Origin: a virus
Virus record (IMG/VR): IMGVR_UViG_3300044971_004534
DNA: 64,000 bases
Direction: 5' to 3' (one strand)
Within the stretch, counting starts at the first letter, position 1, and every line of letters starts with the position of its first letter. Shown here piece after piece: positions 61,068 through 64,000 of the stretch. The notes under the pieces are model-generated. The model was not told where the DNA came from. It saw only the letters and a program-made list of their open reading frames with translations, and did not search any database. The translations under genes were made by a program, and so were the position numbers.

Positions 61068-62270
61068 ATGAGCATCAAGGTCGATTCTTTCTTCAGCGGA
61101 CACAGCGCCGCCGCATTCACCCTGAGTGATGGCAGCATTCGCATGGTCGGAGAAGCGGGTCGTGAGGGAGCCTTTGGCTTCTACTCCAAGGGGTGTCACT
61201 CGTACACGAAGATTTCTCCCAACGGAGTGATTGTCGGCAGCATCAGCAACAAGTATTTCCACGCTCCTCCTCAGCACATCGGTCACATCGTGAAGTGCGT
61301 GACCATGTGGGGAATGACTTTCGCCATTGATAACACGGGCAGACTGTACGCTTGGGGTACATTCAAGAAGCGTCAATGGGACTCTATCCCATTTGACCGT
61401 ACTTTCAAGAACATCATGTGCGTTGGATGGGGGACCATTCTCTTTACTCAAACGGATGGAACGAGCGTTCCCATGTTCTTGCGTGAAGAAGGTCCGTCAA
61501 CGACCATGTTCTTCCAACACGCTAAGTCATTTCCTGCAATCAAGTCTGCTGCGATTGCGCGAGACAGCGGGTACATGATGGGTGAAGATGGCAGTCTCCT
61601 TTACTATTGGGACAAGAACGGTTCAGATAGCGACAAGAGTTGTGACTGGAAGTGCAAGACCGTAAGTGATTGCATTTGGGCTTCATTCAGCGATGGAAGC
61701 CTGATCTATAGGGACGGAAGGGGTGTGCATATTGCCATGAGGGGCAACAACAAGTGGAGTACCTCCATGAGTATCGCTGCCGTTGAGGACAAGGAAAGCC
61801 CTATTCATCGTGCAGTTGCATCAGCGGATCATTTCACTAACGACAATCAGGCATTCTTGCTTGACGATAACTCCATTCTGCGTTGCATCAACGGCAGATT
61901 CCGTGGAGACAAGTGCGAAGGCAGCATCACTCCTGTGTTTGAGGATGGAGTGAAGCAGTTTGACTGCAACTTTGTCCTTACGAACAAAGGTGTAATCATC
62001 CCGATTTCTGATGAGGCTTGGAGTCGTACTGACATGGTTCTGTCAGCCTTTGACGAATGGGCTGATGACGAGGACATCGTGTACGGAATGTGCAAGATTG
62101 CCCCTCGCAACTTCCTGTGTGCCTCTAATCGTCTACGCAAGGATGTTGACTTCTGCAAGAAGATTGCACAACTTGGACCCCATGCGTATCAGTACATTGA
62201 TGGCATGGTCAGAAGGAATCGTGAACTGCGTCCATACAAGCATATGTATGCGATGGCAGGAGATCGGTAG
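61068..62270 (+). CDS. hypothetical protein (possible RCC1-like repeats)
   Basis: 400 aa; 'DGSIRMVGEAGREGAFG', 'TGRLYAWGTFKKRQW' repeat-like strands. Confidence 0.5.
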   Translation: MSIKVDSFFSGHSAAAFTLSDGSIRMVGEAGREGAFGFYSKGCHSYTKISPNGVIVGSISNKYFHAPPQHIGHIVKCVTMWGMTFAIDNTGRLYAWGTFKKRQWDSIPFDRTFKNIMCVGWGTILFTQTDGTSVPMFLREEGPSTTMFFQHAKSFPAIKSAAIARDSGYMMGEDGSLLYYWDKNGSDSDKSCDWKCKTVSDCIWASFSDGSLIYRDGRGVHIAMRGNNKWSTSMSIAAVEDKESPIHRAVASADHFTNDNQAFLLDDNSILRCINGRFRGDKCEGSITPVFEDGVKQFDCNFVLTNKGVIIPISDEAWSRTDMVLSAFDEWADDEDIVYGMCKIAPRNFLCASNRLRKDVDFCKKIAQLGPHAYQYIDGMVRRNRELRPYKHMYAMAGDR

Positions 62271-62273
62271 ACC

Positions 62274-62306
62274 CTCGTTTTCCCCCACCGCACCGGAACT
62301 TACGAC
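62274..62306 (+). promoter_or_regulatory. 33-nt promoter-like module, copy 10 (ends at ATG)
   Basis: CTCGTTTTCCCCC + ACCGCACCGGAACTTACGAC, then ATG 62307. Confidence 0.55.
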
Positions 62307-62726
62307 ATGAGCCACCCTTACTACCACGCCAAGAGTTCCGCCAAGAAGTTTGGTGGTCAGCCGGAAGATTACATCGCTCTACATGAATGGTTCGATCAGA
62401 CGAAGGCTCATCTTCCCGATGCGCGTCACCGCTCTGTTCTCCATTCGTCTTTCGGCATCTACATGGCGCAGCAAGTCTTTGGTGAGGTGATCGTTCGCAA
62501 GTCAGACGGCAAGCCTGTCCCCACCCGAATGCTTGGCGAACAGCACGTTCTTGAGGACATGGGTATGATTCCCACGCTTCAAGATTGGCTCAAGGAACTC
62601 CCCCTGCGTTCGTGGATGATCCGTGGCGCAAAGGCTTTGAGCAAGGAGCAAGACTCTGCTGAAGGCGGTATGTGTGAGCCGAATCAGCACGAAGTTATTG
62701 GACAGCCTGTGACTACAGAAAGTTGA
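62307..62726 (+). CDS. conserved phage/bacterial protein of unknown function
   Basis: 'HPYYHAKSSAKKFGGQPEDYIALHEWFDQTKAHLPDARHRSVLH' is a motif I recall from a widespread DUF family (name not certain). Confidence 0.55.
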   Translation: MSHPYYHAKSSAKKFGGQPEDYIALHEWFDQTKAHLPDARHRSVLHSSFGIYMAQQVFGEVIVRKSDGKPVPTRMLGEQHVLEDMGMIPTLQDWLKELPLRSWMIRGAKALSKEQDSAEGGMCEPNQHEVIGQPVTTES

Positions 62727-62782
62727 CCTAAAAGTTGATATCCCGTATCAGATGAGTTTTGAAAGGGATATCAATAGGTAAC

Positions 62783-62855
62783 GAGACTGTAGCTCAGTTG
62801 GTAGAGCAATCGGCTTTTAACCGATTGGTCATGGGTTCAAGTCCCATCAGTCTCA
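62783..62855 (+). tRNA. tRNA-Lys (anticodon TTT)
   Basis: Acceptor GAGACTG/CAGTCTC, anticodon arm ATCGG-CTTTTAA-CCGAT, T-loop TTCAAGT. Confidence 0.9.
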
Positions 62856-62860
62856 TTCAA

Positions 62861-63106
62861 ATGAAAAAAGAACGATCCAACACCTTTGCTGTGGTGGATG
62901 GCGTTCTGTTCTTGGGCAAAAACGGTGATATTGTCGGGGTGGATAAATCGGGCAAGGAAACACAGCGGATTCCGCTAGACAACATTGCTGAATGTTGTAG
63001 ACTAGTATCCGCACATCCCGGCATATACAACATACTTCCGAAATCGCTTAGAAATAACAAAGAGATAAAGTCAACCTACCTGATAGCAAAGTTAGGTAAG
63101 GGCTGA
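62861..63106 (+). CDS. hypothetical protein
   Basis: ATG 62861 just after the tRNA (the track ORF start runs through the tRNA). Confidence 0.45.
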   Translation: MKKERSNTFAVVDGVLFLGKNGDIVGVDKSGKETQRIPLDNIAECCRLVSAHPGIYNILPKSLRNNKEIKSTYLIAKLGKG

Positions 63107-63139
63107 CTCGTTTTCCCCCTCCACGGCAGGACTTGAGAC
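63107..63139 (+). promoter_or_regulatory. 33-nt promoter-like module, copy 11 (ends at ATG)
   Basis: CTCGTTTTCCCCC + TCCACGGCAGGACTTGAGAC, then ATG 63140. Confidence 0.55.
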
Positions 63140-63850
63140 ATGGCAAAGAAGAAGGCTACCAAGACCGTCAAGACCGCATCCGAGTCCAAGTTTGATTGGC
63201 TTGCTCATTTCAACAAGCCGCAGACTCGCAAGACCATTGTTCGACTCATTAGCATTTGCTCTGATGAGGAAGTCAAGATTGACACGAACGCGAAGCCCGA
63301 GCAGTTCGCAGAGCAGATCATCTCGTACTCTCCGAACTCTTGGAAGTTCATGCCCAAGTCTCTTATTCCTGATACGGAGCGGCGCAAGGTTCTTGAGACT
63401 TTGAACAAGTTGGCTTCACCCGAAGGGGAAAAGTCTTGGTATCGCCGCGACAACGCGGCTATTCCTCCCGCGATCCTCGCTCTTATGTCGCGTGGCGTGA
63501 AGTCTCTTGACTTCCAATACAGCGGTGGTTGGGATGAAACTTCCTATGACGAAGGCGCTCCTACGGTCGATTTCTTCCCTGATGCCCTGTCGAAGGCTGA
63601 TGAAAAGCGACTCAACAGCAACAAGTGGGATACTTTGCAGAAGTTCTACGGTGAACTTTTTGATTGGCTGAAGAACGAAACGGGAGTCGAAGCACGGGAC
63701 ATTCTGTACGCTTTCCTTGATGACTCCGGCGCAGGAGATGGGAACACCTACTCGCAGATGATGAAGATTGACCTTGAGAAGTGGTCAGTTCACCTTCACG
63801 ACTACGAGCAGGATGAGTACGAAGATGACGAGGAGGAGAGCGAGGAGTGA
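63140..63850 (+). CDS. hypothetical protein with acidic C-terminal tail
   Basis: 236 aa, ends 'YEQDEYEDDEEESEE'. Confidence 0.55.
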   Translation: MAKKKATKTVKTASESKFDWLAHFNKPQTRKTIVRLISICSDEEVKIDTNAKPEQFAEQIISYSPNSWKFMPKSLIPDTERRKVLETLNKLASPEGEKSWYRRDNAAIPPAILALMSRGVKSLDFQYSGGWDETSYDEGAPTVDFFPDALSKADEKRLNSNKWDTLQKFYGELFDWLKNETGVEARDILYAFLDDSGAGDGNTYSQMMKIDLEKWSVHLHDYEQDEYEDDEEESEE

Positions 63851-63854
63851 TGTC

Positions 63855-63887
63855 CTCGTTTTCCCCCTACAAGCAAGAGGTTGCAGC
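63855..63887 (+). promoter_or_regulatory. 33-nt promoter-like module, copy 12 (ends at ATG)
   Basis: CTCGTTTTCCCCC + TACAAGCAAGAGGTTGCAGC, then ATG 63888. Confidence 0.55.
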
Positions 63888-64000
63888 ATGAAAGAGCCAG
63901 CGACAATCCAACATTCTCTTGATAAGGCAAAGGAAGCGTTCCTTGAGTGGCATCAGATCGCCACAGGAGAGTTTCCCGACATCAAGGATCGTGAGGAAAA
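63888..64000 (+). CDS. hypothetical protein (5' fragment, runs off the window)
   Basis: ATG placed exactly as in the other module-linked genes; open to the window end. Confidence 0.4.
   Translation, partial: MKEPATIQHSLDKAKEAFLEWHQIATGEFPDIKDREE

Overview
The window looks like part of a very large bacteriophage (jumbo/megaphage-like) or phage-derived element of a Gram-negative host. This is an inference. It rests on dense small ORFs with Shine-Dalgarno (SD) sites and 4-8 nt start/stop overlaps, nine dispersed tRNAs, a tmRNA, HNH and endonuclease VII genes, and no cellular housekeeping operons. I recognised no capsid, terminase or tail genes here. There are three compartments. (1) 0.1-17.8 kb is a visibly AT-rich glycan-biosynthesis island of about 22 genes. 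It holds a split transketolase, SDR epimerases, GDP-fucose synthase, methyltransferases and about 10 glycosyltransferases, including GT10 x2 and GT11 fucosyltransferases; gmd lies at 23.4 kb. (2) 17.8-28.4 kb is an AT-rich accessory region with a short PurA/PurZ-like adenylosuccinate synthetase, tRNA-Asn and tRNA-Ser, thioredoxin, CsrA, a PEP-CTERM-like protein, a SLOG/DUF2493 protein and a SpoU methyltransferase. (3) 28.5-64 kb is GC-richer. It contains a 6-kb translationally coupled array of small 'ERDEAR...GWDCFKEN' paralogues with a 234-bp exact duplication, and a minus-strand envelope-lipid cassette (GT4, LpxH-like, PAP2, lipoprotein, degenerate Fic) carrying two copies of a 28-bp palindromic operator. 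It also contains a RadA-like ATPase, ClpS, a MoxR-VWA pair, an AT-hook protein, UvdE, RCC1-like proteins, seven more tRNAs and a tmRNA. The strongest non-genic signal is a rigid 33-nt module (CTCKTTTTCCCCC-N13-TTR-N4) present 12 times on the + strand between 48.5 and 63.9 kb. In 7 copies it ends exactly at the ATG, so it is a candidate phage-specific promoter giving leaderless mRNAs. It coexists with canonical TTGACA-N16/17-TATAAT-type promoters. All family assignments come from motif recognition by eye, with no searches run. Coordinates of non-CDS features were anchored to ORF-track coordinates and may be off by 1-2 nt.
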